From: Octopus vulgaris
Lineage: Eukaryota
Length of the DNA: 64,000 nucleotides
Reading direction: 5' to 3'
Assembly (NCBI GenBank): GCA_951406725.2
Contig: OX597820.1
Location: forward strand, 30,504,001-30,568,000
The translations under genes and the position numbers were made by a program. The notes beneath the pieces are model-generated. The model saw nothing but the letters and a program-made list of their open reading frames with translations. It did no database searches and was not told the origin of the DNA. Of this stretch, positions 24,337-38,500 are shown piece after piece (within the stretch, counting starts at the first letter, position 1; each line of letters opens with the position of its first letter).

Positions 24337-27300
24337 GAGTTTTCTTCAGTCTCCTCATAAATAAAGCTCTACTGTCATTAATGTAAGCAGGTTTATTAAT
24401 TAAGTTTATTCTACAAAAGCATTAAAATGTAACCAAGTAGAATTTCACCATTCCATAATGTCAGTTAACTTTGTCTTATAATTTCCAAGTAGATCAGGGC
24501 ATTGCAAGAGACCTTTAGATTGAAACTGGGGAGAATATCATCATAGGGGCTGTTACTGGATGGAAGGCTTAGTCAGCTAGCAATTACATTATCACCACCT
24601 GGCCCTTGGTTTTAGGGTAGGTCCATGAGCCAGTGATAACTTCCCTTTACCAACAAACCTAGAAAGAGCCATGTGCATTCACCTCTTCTGAATCCTCTGT
24701 GTGTGTGTGTGTGTGTGCATGCACACACACACAACTTTTGTAGTATTTTAATTCAAAACAAGAGTCTGCTGTATTCAAAGAATTAAAAGGCTCAACACTA
24801 GAATCAACTATGAATAATATAAAACAACAAAGGAACTCAAGTATTTGTTTGACTAACTATAAATAGCAGAATAGCGGTCAAATACACTCAACCACAATTT
24901 TGTTTTTTGTTTTGTAAGGTGACTCATAATTAAAAGTTCTCAAACTCCATTAGTGGTGCTGCAATAATTAAAACAAAAAATCCTACCTAAAATAAAACTA
25001 AATGTACTGGCAAATCAAATCTACAGAACTCTTTGAAAAGGAATTGGGTTGTATTTGATTAATAGACGAGTGACAAGAGGTGAACAAGAGACCACAAAGA
25101 AACAGGTTAACAACAAAGACAGAGGAATGAAGTAAATAAATTTCATGAAAATTAAAAATCAGGAACTGAAAACTATTTAGCCATCAGTAGAAGAACAATG
25201 ACTCGAATAATGCAACACACAGACTGAGATTAAGAGTTAATGTTCAACTATTTCTTCAGCTAGAACAGCGCTTCAACCATTTTCTAGCTAACACCCTACC
25301 TTGATTTTCCAAGCACAAAAGTGTTACTGTGAAGGAAGTGAGGAGGGAGTGCATGTGTATGAATACAAAAACTTTTTTAATTAAAACTTTATTGCAAGTT
25401 TTATTTACTTGTGATCCATTCCGAAGTAACCTGTGTTTACAACTAACAAAAAGTATTGAACTACAGTAAAAGAAGTAATTTCTTCCTAAAATCCCTATAT
25501 TCTAAGTCTTAAGGCACCTAAGTAAATGCTATAGAACTTAATACATTTCAAGAGATAAGCCTCATAAAAACAAAACATAACTGAAAGCAGTTGTCAAGTT
25601 ATCTTTTGGATTTTAAAACTGCCACACTTGTTGAGGTTGTAGGGATGAAATTCTCAGAAGACAGAATCTAACATTTTTGATGTTAGGAAGAGCATCCAGC
25701 CATAGAAATCATGCCCAAACAGACAATGGAACTTGACAAAATCCCCAGACCTGTTGGATCCTGTCAAACCATCTTGCCATGTCAGCATGGAATATGGACA
25801 CCAAATTATGGTGACGCGAAGGAGGATGATAGCACCCCACCTGAGATCACACCTAGCTCTATGAAACAAATTTCCTGTCTTAAAGTCATCTAAATTAAAA
25901 CCTTCCCTCAAAATTCCATGTTAATTCATGTTTCAATATAACTCAGTTATTCAAATAAATTCTTCATTATTTTCAAAATTAATTTAATTAAAGGTCAAGT
26001 TTTAGTACAAATTCAATATTATTGGCTGTACACAAATTTCTTGTTACCTAAACAATTCTGGGGCTTTATACTTGTAGCCAGAAGAAATAACATTTACAAT
26101 ATCTGAATAAAAAAGTTCTACAAGCTAAATCTTCCCCAAATCACACTAATCAATTCATACTTTGGGAGTGAAATTGGGTAGACAGAAAATGTATAAAAGC
26201 TCACTGGCAGGATTGTGTCTGTACTCAAAAGGTACAATCTCGTCACATACAATGTTATGTTGATTATGCCAGAGAATTATGTTAAGTCTGTGGAATTCTC
26301 AACCAATTACTCATCAATTCAGAAGAACTGATCAAATTGAATCCTCATCAGAAGAGATACACTACTACTAAACATTTCATCTATCAGGTAACCATTATTT
26401 TGGTAGATACCAAAATCTTGTAATAGGTTAGTCCATCATAGACTTGCAAGATCCATGGTAAGCAGAACGGAGAATTATTTCTGGTCATGAAATAATTAAA
26501 ATATATTCCATTCAAAATGCTTAATCTACAGAACAAAATAAGACATTTTTAACAGGTAATTCAGAGGAGGAACAGACTGGTAGCAGAAAATTATCTTCAA
26601 ACTGGAATAAATTCTAGCTCAAATGCTTGTAACAATATGGATTCTACTAAAACCCCAAAGACTAGGTAGGGTGGAGTGAGTTGGATGTTATATTAAGTGA
26701 TTAAGTCCACCAAATGAAAGAAGAGTCTCTCTGGTGGGCTTCCACAGTTTCAATCAACACAGCTTGGCTTCACCCCAGACTTAGAGAATACCTGCCCAGA
26801 ATATTTGTTGCACAGTTGAAAAGCAAATTTAACACAGCCATGCTTGTCTCAATGAAAACACTAAGCACAAGAGGCAGTACGGCCAACTGGTCAGAGAAAA
26901 TTTGAAATGAGTTTTCAAGATAACTGTCTGAGAATTTGAATTCAAACACCATTAAAATACCTCACAATTTCTAACTTCTTTGTTTCAATAAGCTAATGAA
27001 AAAACCTCTATGACCAATTAACTAGCAAGAAATAGCAGTTAAACTACCCTCACCCATCTTTTAAAAGAAATAAACTAGATGATATACTGTATATAGATAG
27101 GTATGTACTGTTCTATTAGTTACAGTACTTTCACTGTAAATAGAATACATGGCCTTTCTCTCAATTTTCAAAATAATGAAAAATTAGATAAAATAATTGT
27201 CGTTATTATGGCTTTCGGAACATCAGTTACCATGAGATTTTGCTGGAAGGTTGTAACTGAGATCTCTCTGAAACAGAAAGTTTATATAATAGAACCTGAG

Positions 27301-27699
27301 ACAGTTTCAGGCAGGCTTGTATCAAAAGGGTTAATTCCACATAGATTTACTTGTTCAAAAATAATTTCCTTATATTAACAAAAAGACAATATAATCATGC
27401 CTATTATTGGTTGGTATTTATTTTATTAACAAGGGGTGGCAGGGACTAAATTAACAACAGATGAATTATAGCAAGCTACTGTGAAACTGGATGCTATACA
27501 ATTTCTGTTGTTGATGCCAATCTCTTATATTGACACTGGACTAAAAGTTTCTAAGGGTGGGGTACAAGCAATTGAACTGATCTCAGTACACCAATTCCTG
27601 AATGACAAACCACAGTCTTAGAGAGATTTTGAACTCAGAATGGTGGGTCACTCACTGTCCCTAATGATTTCTTAAATTAGTACAAAGACCATTCCATTA

Positions 27700-28000
27700 T
27701 AGCAAAAGACAACAGGGTATTCAGAAAAGAGTAATAATGGGATTACCAAAGAAATCAAGACTGTTCTTTGAATATGTCCTAAATGTATGCAAATTTCAAC
27801 ACTCAGGTCAGCAAAAAACAAACAAACAAAATCTATCAAAACAAAACGTCTTCCATCCACAATCATACTATCTTTTTTATGGAATATGTCACCCCCAACC
27901 AACATGACCACGATAGGGGTATCATTGATAGACCACCCTCATTATAGGATCTATTACTGACACCATATTTACACTTTATCCTTGGTTCATAAAATAGGTA
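27700..28000 (+). pseudogene. Highly decayed retroviral-type (Gypsy/Ginger) integrase fragment
   Basis: NGITKEIKTVL*ICPKCMQ resembles the integrase zinc-binding W-x-G...C-x-x-C-Q, followed by WN...IGV-x-LI. Confidence 0.45.
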
Positions 28001-28627
28001 AGAGTCAAGTCTTAAGATGACCAAATTTATCACAAGTGAAATTTGTGTTCAAACTGACCAGTCTAAATTTTTTTTTATGAATTCATAAATTTTTCTCACA
28101 TTACTTAAAAACAGTGCACCGACAGTAATCAGCCTAGCTTCTTGAACCCTTTAGCATTCAAGCCGGCCATATCTGACCTAAGTATTCCACCTGCTTTTAT
28201 GATCAAACCAGCCCAGATCTGGTCTCTCACACCTACTCTATAATATCATTCTAAAAATAAACAATCACATCACCGAAATCTCTTGGCTACCAATTAATGC
28301 ATAATTAATTCAAAACAATGTGACTAAATAAACATTACATTTAACAGAGTAATCTGAATACTAAAAGGTTAATATTTAAATTTCAGCTCAAAAGAAACAA
28401 CACAAAACAAAACTTCATTACAAGGCACATTCTGTGTTGGTTGTTCCAATAGGAATTAGACCAGAGATTAAAACAAACTTTGCTACACTGAAAAATTTGT
28501 TATGACAAAATTTCACTTGTAATAAATTAAGTTGATCCCATTATTATATGATTGGTACATGTTTAATCAACTGAAGATGAGAAATAAGTATGGTATCAGT
28601 AAACCCCTATGATGAGAATGAACTAGA

Positions 28628-29510
28628 TCAGGCGCCAACTTTTTTCACACCAGGCCAGATAACTGCGAGAATGATGAGCACAGACCACATAACAGTTTTG
28701 TTCAATACAATACAGTGATTACGAAAAAACCCAAAAAAACCCAACATATCTATATACCAAAAGGTTATCAAAGAAAGTGACATTAACAATAAGATAGTTA
28801 CATCACACCCAATGCACACATATCTGAATCTCACAAACTAAAGAGCAAAAAAGGTTAGTGCGATTGGTGAAACTGGTGTTTAGCTTAAAAAATAAAATAA
28901 ATGTTTATTTCAATCACAAATAATCTTCGGAAACTCAAGGTTGACATCTGCAATTCCAGTGCGAAACTCTTTGAGACACTGAAAATGAGTTTCCTCCTTC
29001 TGGTTGTGCTTCAAACAATGATAGCTTTCTCTGAAATTATTTGATGATATTATAGATCACAAATAACGTTATCCTTTCCCTGAAAGTTCCAAGTTCAATT
29101 CAGTCATGTGGGACATGATGACAACTAAAAATGACAACCATGAGAGTCTGGTAGAATCTGACCAGAAGTGGATCGGCTCTATCCTTTACAGTGAGAAAAA
29201 TATCTATTTCTCTTCAGAGCTTATAAAAACGAAACAAAACTTTACTGCAGCTGAACCACCTCACTGTTGTGTGATAGTAAGCCACAGAGTTCAGAATTAA
29301 TTTCAAGACAAGTCTGGAACTGGCGGTGATTAAGTGCATGAGCCTAAACGAAATTCACTGCAGAAACAACTGGTTTCATTACTCAAGAAATATGTCTTTC
29401 CCACAGAGTGCTTGCTAATGTATATACAATATGAGTGGAAGGTTACATCCTTGTTGACACTTCAAGAGGTACTGTCAGATATGCCCAATATTTCTTCCAA
29501 TCATAAACTT
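28628..29510 (-). pseudogene. Decayed hAT transposase (SPIN/GTF2IRD2/Charlie-like) with a terminal remnant near 28630
   Basis: Minus translation with stops and frameshifts: QALCGK...VMKPVVSAVNF..AHALNHRQFQ...YHTTVRWFSCSK...ELNLEL.GKDNVICDLY...RKLSLFEAQ. Confidence 0.82.
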
Positions 29511-32500
29511 GAGCAGATACATGATCAAAAGTATTCCAGCTGTGACCATCTCATCTTTTAAAGGTGTTCTCTTTAGGACTGTAAAATGTAATTTGGAAAT
29601 TTGGCCTTATTTTTAGTAGGCTGAACACTCACATATATTCTCCCTCACTATTTCACCATACAGCCAAAATCTGTACTGAAGAAGATGAAACCATTGCCCA
29701 AATTTCATACTTGCAAGAGACTAACAAGGATAAGGAAACTCAAGAAATAATAAGTTAATGAGCCTCTATATGATTGGTTAACATCCTAGAAACAGCCACC
29801 AAACCACCTTCAAATAACAATCACTACCTTAAAACTGAAAAAATACAGATATATAGTATATACCTAGAAAAAAATATACAATGGTTGCAGTTGGAATGTG
29901 TGTGTATATATATATATATACATACATACACACACAAGATTATGGCTGACCTATACAGCAGCAGTAACATTAAACTATTTTTATGGCTCAATGAGAAAGG
30001 CAGCAAAGAAAAGAAGCTTAACTTAACCAACAAGGATGCTTCTAAAAGTTGTTGAACCTGTTAGAAATAGTAGCAAAGTTTTACACAATTCCCATCATTT
30101 TCTCATAATGGACATTACATAATATGTTCCAAGATACACTGTTCCACAATTGAAAATACAAAAAAAGATAGCATGATTATAGCTGGAATGCCTCTTGGTC
30201 ATCTGTCCATTAGATCAGAGCTGATACAGAGGTTAAAATAACATTTGAAAGTAATTAAGAAACCTCTGGGTGGTCGCTCAATTCAACAGAAATAGCTGCC
30301 AAATCTTTCTCAAATGAAACCTCACAATCTTACTCCTTTAGCATTCAGATTACTTTGTCAAATCTAATGTTTATTTACATTATTTTGAATTTATTCATAT
30401 ATTTGAGCCAGATATGGCTGGTTGAAATGCCAAAGCGCTAAACTAAGGACACAATGGATAAAGTTGTTTTGGGTATCCTTAAAAAGACAGCATGGTTATG
30501 GCTGGAATGCATAAGTCTGCTCCTTCTGAGACTACAAAAGCATTTGAAAGAAAGTAATTCAGAACAGAGTATTGCGTCACAAAAATTTGTTTTGTTTTCT
30601 ATTAATTCAAACCAATTAACAAATGTAAATGATGTCTGTATAATATGCGACAACTTTCATAACCTTTGGGAATATGTGGATGTCAATCAAGCTGAAAACA
30701 GAAATAAGTTCAGAAACAAACAAACAAAACTAGCTAAATGTCAAATTACTGATTAACTAATGACTACTAAATAATAAGCAGCTAACTAAAACCAAACTTG
30801 AATAGCCAGGTAAACGAGCCACTAATTTTTATGCAAATGTAACGCTCACCTGAATTTATGATAATGAGACATTATTTAGGCTACACATTTGAAGACTGGT
30901 AGGTGATTTTTAATTACAGTTACTTATATTATACAACAGTCAAAAAAGATATAGCTCAAGTAAAACCAGGAAGATTAAGATTTCATTCAACTGAAATATA
31001 TAAAATATGTTTAACATGCCAAATGTGCCTATCCTGTACCCCCAAATTAACCTTATTTTTCCATTTAAAACCTAAATGATAAATGAAAATTATTGAACGT
31101 CTTTTCTTTTTACGAAAGACATTTTCCCACATTGATAGAAAAGAGCTTACAGCTGAAAGCCAGAGAAAAGTGAAGATTATATAACTATGGGAATGTGCCT
31201 AAAATAGTTTCTAACAATATGAGGACTAGAGAAATAAAGTACAAGATTTCGTTCTTTTCAGATGAATTACAGAAAAAAGTTATTTTCTCAAAACAATGAA
31301 GAAAATGAAAGGACACAGTTATTAAACTGAAGATGGTATTATTGTAAGTAAAAGGTTCATTACAGACTTCTTTAAAATTTATGAACACAAATAGGATTAT
31401 ATTTTGATCAATGGTGCTGAAAACACCAAATTAGAGGGTATAAAGACTCTGTAGGTTATTCTGTATTGTCAGAACAGATTTCTCCATCATTGTGGGTCAG
31501 CTTCATCCTAGACAGGTCAAATGACCATGCTGCTGAAGCATTCTATTTTGACAGGGTTTCTAATGCTGGGTGCCCAGCCATTTAAAGTGTATATGATGCA
31601 GTTTGTTGAGGAACCAACTGGTGAGGAAATCATTTTCTTGACTAGAAATAAAGGGCCCACTATATTGTCAATTTGTTCACCATCCATTTTAGAGTGGATT
31701 AGCACATTTTACCTTCACAGCAATACTAATGAGGTTGCCTTGTACTCCACAATCATACAGCCCTCACTGCTGAGTGTCATATCCATTTATTAAATGCAGT
31801 ATGCTCAAGAGAGAATGAATAACAAGGTGACTGGGGGAAAAAACAAAACTTCAATATGAGAAGAGAGACAGAGCAGACAGTGGTTAATGGAGAGACGGTA
31901 GTAGAGTAGTGTACTAGACAAAAGGTAGTGGCAGTAGCTACATGTTTATAATGATTTAACCACAAGGCAAAGGCAACACAACTGAGAGACATAATTACAT
32001 AATGGTGGTAAAATTTGGTTATTTTTTCAAACACAAATCCCCAACATTTATTTGGAAGGGTGAAAGATAATGTTGAATATCTGACCCCTAAGTACAGCCA
32101 TACTAATCTATATTGTTTTAAGAAACCAAAGTAATATCACTACAAATCATAAAAATTTTTTTCACTGTTAGCAATGTCTATTTTTTTTTTCATGTTTATA
32201 CTTTTATTACAAGGGTGTTTACTGAAAATGGTGCTTTGCACTATTAGAATATGTCAGTAATGTAACTGTTTTAAACTGTAATAAGTAAAATAATTACTTC
32301 TAAATAATGGAGCATGTAAAATATAACCACACCCCTTGAGTATGCTAACATGAATTGCCATTGGATGCAATAGCCAGTTTTGACTTACAACAGGCATATA
32401 AAGTGTATAAATTGTTCTCTCAGTACAACCATCTTAGAAATATTCATTTTCACAGGTAGGTTATTTTATTTTAAAAATTTCTCATTTACACTCGACTATA

Positions 32501-35500
32501 ATGCTACCTCAATCCTGATTTTCTCACATTGTACACAAGCAAATATATCATCATGGCTCTTATTATTGAGGTGGGCTAGACATGGCTGCACAGCTAAGAA
32601 ATTATATTTGCAACTATGTGATTTTAGAGTCAATCCTATTGCACACCACCGTGGGCAAGTGTTATCTAACTAAAGCTTTGTGAATGAACGAAATTTAGGA
32701 GACAGAAACTGAGTGGAAGTCCATCAGAAGAACTGTTCCTTTTGTGTGGTAGAATTAACCCATTACTCTGTATATTTAACAGTACTACACAGCCCTTGGG
32801 TGCCTTTAGTATGGTTTCATTATTACAAGAATTTGAATCTGCTCTGAAGACAACTTCTACCTTCACTCAATCTCAGGGGCTGTGCAAAATGTTATCTACA
32901 CAGCCCTTCCTTCTTCAACTGAGATATATTAAGAAAATAATATCTGAAAATGGAGACATATTTTATTTCACTGATGATTGTAAAAAACTAAGGTAGTAAT
33001 ACACAAGTGAAAATTATCATTGAGCCAATATAAAGAAGAATCTTGTAAGTTGTATATGGCTGCTTAACACCAATACACTGCTAAAAGAAAGCTAGACATT
33101 AAAAAGGATATCTGTAACAACAGATTTTAATGACTGATGTACCTGGAATATCTAGGTCAATCACAACAATTCACCTCAAAACCCAAGGAGCACGACATTG
33201 GCAAGTTTACACAAGAATTGACACGAATGTTCCTGGAGAAAGTACACAATCTTGTTTGCTTATTGTTTAAAAAAAAATAATCAAAATACTCGATCTTATA
33301 ATTTACTCAACTACAAAATATGTCTCAATATCACCATGACCCTCAAAATCATAGAAGCATCCAATCAGGAATAATTAGTGGGGGAGAAGCAAAAAACTAC
33401 CAGACCATCACAGATATGGATGTATATATGTCATTTGTGAAGTTTTTGTTGCTATAGGTTGCTGCTTCTATTCAAAATAATGATTTTCAACTCTGGCCCA
33501 ATGCCACAGGTTTCATGTGGAGGGGGCCATCCCCATAATCAATCAATCAATCAATCAATATCTGACAGGCATTTTGACCACAAAAAAAAAAGTTGATACT
33601 GGCATGATTTTGGCTCAGAACACAAAGAACTGTAACTAAATGATTTCTATCTAAAGTACAATGGTACAAACGCAGAAGGATGGGATTAATTAAAGTGACC
33701 CCAGTAGAAATCAATAATGCAAGGTACTTCATCTGACATTACTGCCATTCACAGGCCTTCTTGTAATAACAATGATTTCTAGCATAAAAAAGACCATGAA
33801 TTATGGTGGAACACATAATGACTACAGTATATAACTGGTACATATTTTACCAAATTCAGAAGGATCAAAAACAAAGACAACTCCAATTGTCTTTAAATCC
33901 AGAAATGTAACTTAATCCTGTGAGGCATTTTCTCCTACCGATTCTGCTGTTAAATAGTTTTTAATCTAAATCGGTACAAAACTTCCAAATTCTATAAAAC
34001 TGTACAACTCCTTGGCAAATGGTTCAAACATTAACATTTTAGCATCTCTAACCTGAGTATACATCACTGTTGCCAACAGCATATACCTGTGGTGTAATGT
34101 ACTAACTATAAGCTTAGTTTATTTTATATCAATGTTGGTGAGACTGAGCCAGCATGTTAGTATTAATATAAATGGGGGTGGATGGAGTGAGCTGTTTCGC
34201 ATAGAAAATAATTACAGGTCTCAAGTTATTTAAATATTTTAAAACTACTAACTTTGTTTCCCCAACATATTCTAAAATGAGAACCTACACATGGTTGCGT
34301 GATCTGCCAGTAACAGTAGTCAAATCAATATCAAATCGTATCCTACTATCTAATAAGAAATAAATTTGATAATATATTTCAAGATACAATATAAGAGGTA
34401 AAAACAAAAAAAACAAGGGGTGCTGATGATAGTTCATGGCTGAAACACTTCCTTTCATTTTAGCACTCAGCTACACAGCTTCAATTTTTTTCTTAGCTAA
34501 TCCTCTTCAGGTCCTATATTCCTGCAATTAAGAGGTCTTGCCTGTATTATTAGAACTCAGAACTATTCTATTAAATTAACAGTCTCAATGCACTTGCTAC
34601 ATACGGCTTGTGGGTTAGGGCAGCGAAGCCTGGCATTTGAATTATAATATAGCTACGTTTTAACCCAAAACAAGGGCAATGCTCCCAAAGTTATTTAAGA
34701 ACAGGTGTAGGTGCGACTGAGAAACTTGCTTCCTAACCATGTGGTTTCAGTTTCAGTCCCACTGTGTGGTACACCGGACAAGCGTCTTTTACTATAACTA
34801 TGAGCTTGTGAGTGAAACTGAAAGGAAGCTGTTGCGTGTAACATTGTCTTGATATCATGTGATAGTTGTAAACAAGCACCACTGCCTGTGAAAAACATGT
34901 CTGACCATGGAAAAATATTGGTTTCAAATTTTAGCACAAAGCCAGCAATTTCAGAGAAAGGAGTTAAGTCAATTATATCAACCCCAATGTACAATTGGTA
35001 CTTATTTTATTGACCCTGAAAGGATGAAAGGCAAAGACAACTTTGGCAGAATTTGAAACCATGGAGAAATACTATCTTGCTTGAAAACAGGCAAAGATTG
35101 GCAACAGGAAGGGAATTCAGCCATAGAAAATCTACCATAACAAATTTCTCTCTGACCCATGGAAAAGTGGATGTTGAACGATGATGAGGCAATTGAAAAC
35201 ATATAGAACAAAGAAAACGAGTGGGAGGGTGATAAATAAAATTATTTCACTAAAAGATCTTGTGAAAAATTCAGGTAACTCGACTGTTTTACAAGATAGC
35301 ACAATGCTTCAAGCTTTAGACATTTTCCACTCAGCTTGCACCACTTAACTTTCATCTTTATCACTTCATCAATTAATAACTACCAGTAATACTCTGATAT
35401 CATGCTCACTGCTATTAGGAAGATTTTCTTATACGAAAATATATTAGTTACTGTTATATTCCTACCACATCCCATCATTCATTACAGGTAGATAGCAAGT

Positions 35501-38500
35501 AATGATTTTTTTTCACACGAAACTAGATTTATAGAGAGAGAGAGAGACAGAGATGTTAAAGACATCACCAATCTAAGTGAAGAATCAGTTCAAGAATTAG
35601 GACTCAAAAACTGGGTTGTGTCTATAGTTTGCTGGCAGCTTACTTCTGCACTAAGGTAAGTAGTTGCTACTAAGTTGTACAGCAATGAGTTGATGCTGCT
35701 TTACTTTTATTAGCAAATAAGTGACAACTGGTTTATAAACTGACAACCTCAACATATTTAATATACATCCTCCCACTACACTGGAGGTATCTGAAGAAGA
35801 AAACAAACTAGTATGTGAATGACAAAATCCTAGAGTGTTGCTCACAAAGAATTAAACTTACTGTTTGTCAAATGAAGATGACTAATTAATTAGTTGCAAA
35901 TTCAGTGAAGTATCATAACACCATGGACACAAGCCATGGAGCAGGTAGGTAGAGTAAAGAATCAAACATCTATAACCTTTGTTGTTGAATGATAAAAATG
36001 TAACACTCAGCATGTATTAAGCAGTTGCTGTATAACCCCAGGCCTGAAGTGAGCAGACCTATGATCAAAAGGATTGCTGTTGTGACTTGTCTTTTTCACA
36101 GACAGTTCAATTATGGCCACATTTTCCAATTTATTTTAAGAACAGTGTGTGGTATGAGAGAGATTTGGCTGCTATTTCAAGTCCATCATGCAACCTTGTA
36201 GAGACTTCCTCACCGACTTGGGAAATGGTCATAAATGAAGACATCCCTCAAAAACATAAGTTATGTCTTATCTTTTTTTTTTGTTTGTCACTGGACTGTG
36301 GTCATGCTGGGGCACTACCTCGAAGGGTTTGATTGAACAAATCAACAGTGCTTACTTAATACTGGTACGTATCCTATCTGCCTATTTTGGCAAACTGCTA
36401 AGTTACAGGGATGTAAACAAACCTAATCGGCGAGGAGGCACATACACACAGACTTCCAAACCAAATCCATTTTCAAAATATTTGTCAGATTGAGCCGATA
36501 ATAGGTGCTTGACAAAAGGTGCCACACCCTAAGACCAAACAGAACCATACAGTTGTAAACCAAGCTCCTTAACCACACAACCACGCCTGTATGAAAAATT
36601 CATTTCTTATATATAAGAACAATCAATGGCAAACAACCTGTAAATTTACACAGTTGTTATATTTCTGGTTTGATCAGAAGAAATATTCAGATTTTCAAAT
36701 GCAGTCTCAGAAAATATGGGGGGAGAAAATAGAAACAACAGTCACAATTCAGAGAGGAACTGACAAAGAACAAGAGGCTCAACATGCAGGTGAAACTAAA
36801 ATCAAAAGATGGTGCTGGAAATTCAAATTTTAAACACCACTGTTTAGTTTCTGCATTATTTTCCAACTAACTATAAATATAGGTCAATTTTATTGACTTG
36901 CTTAAGTTTAATCTTTAAATCTGCAGTATAGTTATCCTCTTCCAAAGTAAACAGATTCACCAGATGAGCCAATTGAAGGGATCCAATCAGCTATTCATGG
37001 CCCAATCACCTTCAAATAACACTACCATCTTAATAGAGGATACATTAGATATCATAGTTCTAGATACTACTGTGTTTGAACAAAGAGTGGTTTACAGCTG
37101 GTATGCATTTGATCACAAATCTCTCAGATCAAAGCCAAACAACATTATCGGATGTATCCGCAAATTTAGATCCCCTCATTGGTGGTGTTTTTGAATGGAG
37201 AACACAGCTTCATTATCTAAAGCCAGATAACTAATCTAAGCAGAAAGTGATACATACTTCAGTGCTCAGATCAAATGTGATTATTTAAATTAGATATATA
37301 CTTACTAACAATTTTAAGTCAACTGTTTAGCTCCAGGTCAGCTCTAAATGAGCAGGACTATGATCAAAAGCATTGAAGTCACGACCATATGATCTGCATA
37401 TGTATATAACGAATTACTAGATTGACCAATGTATTCATCTTCATTCAAAACAGCAGAGTGATGTGAAGGAAGTTTGACTACTATTTCCGAAACAGATCAA
37501 TACCATATAGAGAGGTCCTTTATGTGGATCATCTAAATCAATGCGTGTGTGGGGTGGTGGTGCTCTCTTTTCATTTGCAGGAGAACAGTTCTCTGAAAAT
37601 GCCTGACAGATTTATTAATGCCAAGTGTGACAATTGTATATTGTTATTTGAAAAATTTAACCACATACTAACAAAGAGAGATGTCCTATTACAAAGATAG
37701 CATTCAGATGTCATTTGACAGAGAATCAAGACATATAATGTAATCATTGAATAGATTCAGACATCCAAGTCGCAATATGAATAGCTTACAAAACAGCAGA
37801 TTTTACAGAGTAGGTTTGAAGGTAATGTGTCAATTATGATTCCTTTTAACAAAATTCCAAAACATGCCAAATACCAAAATAAAAACATGGCATCAGACCC
37901 AATTTTCACTTCTACTTTAGTATAAAAAAACACAAAATTTAAGAAATACTGCAAAGGTAAGCACCTAAAAGGCCACTTATATAGTAGTTTGGAAACACTG
38001 AAACGATGTATTTATCAATAACTCTTTCTCTTCTCAAAGTCCCAAGAAAACATAAGGATTTCAACAGCATTAAATATGTTTCTTACCACTAATTACACAG
38101 AGTGGTTCTAAATAGTGATCAAGAAAAAATTTTTTTGACTTTACAACTGTCCACTGACAGGATTTGGACAAGTATCTATAGATTACCAGATGATATAGGT
38201 AATTATAAAGTCTAATAAAATCTTAGTAATTAATTTATAACATGCTTTTGTTAAATGGATACACAACAAACACACTCATGGATGAGAAATGGGATAAGAA
38301 TGAGATGAATAAAGGAACACATTTTAGAACTGGTTAAAATCACCACGACAATGTTTAGTTTTACATTAACTCTTTAGCATACAGACTTTGTCAAATCTAT
38401 TACTTATATGTTCACATTGTTTTGAATTAATCATGCATTATCTTGTAGCTTCGAGATTTCAATGGTGTTTTGTATATTTTTAGATGACATTCTAAGGTAG

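Noticed and set aside
31400-31830. Possible LINE endonuclease remnant (similar hints at 340-620, 15355-15900, 21780-22020)
   Set aside because: Too degenerate to assign without an alignment search.
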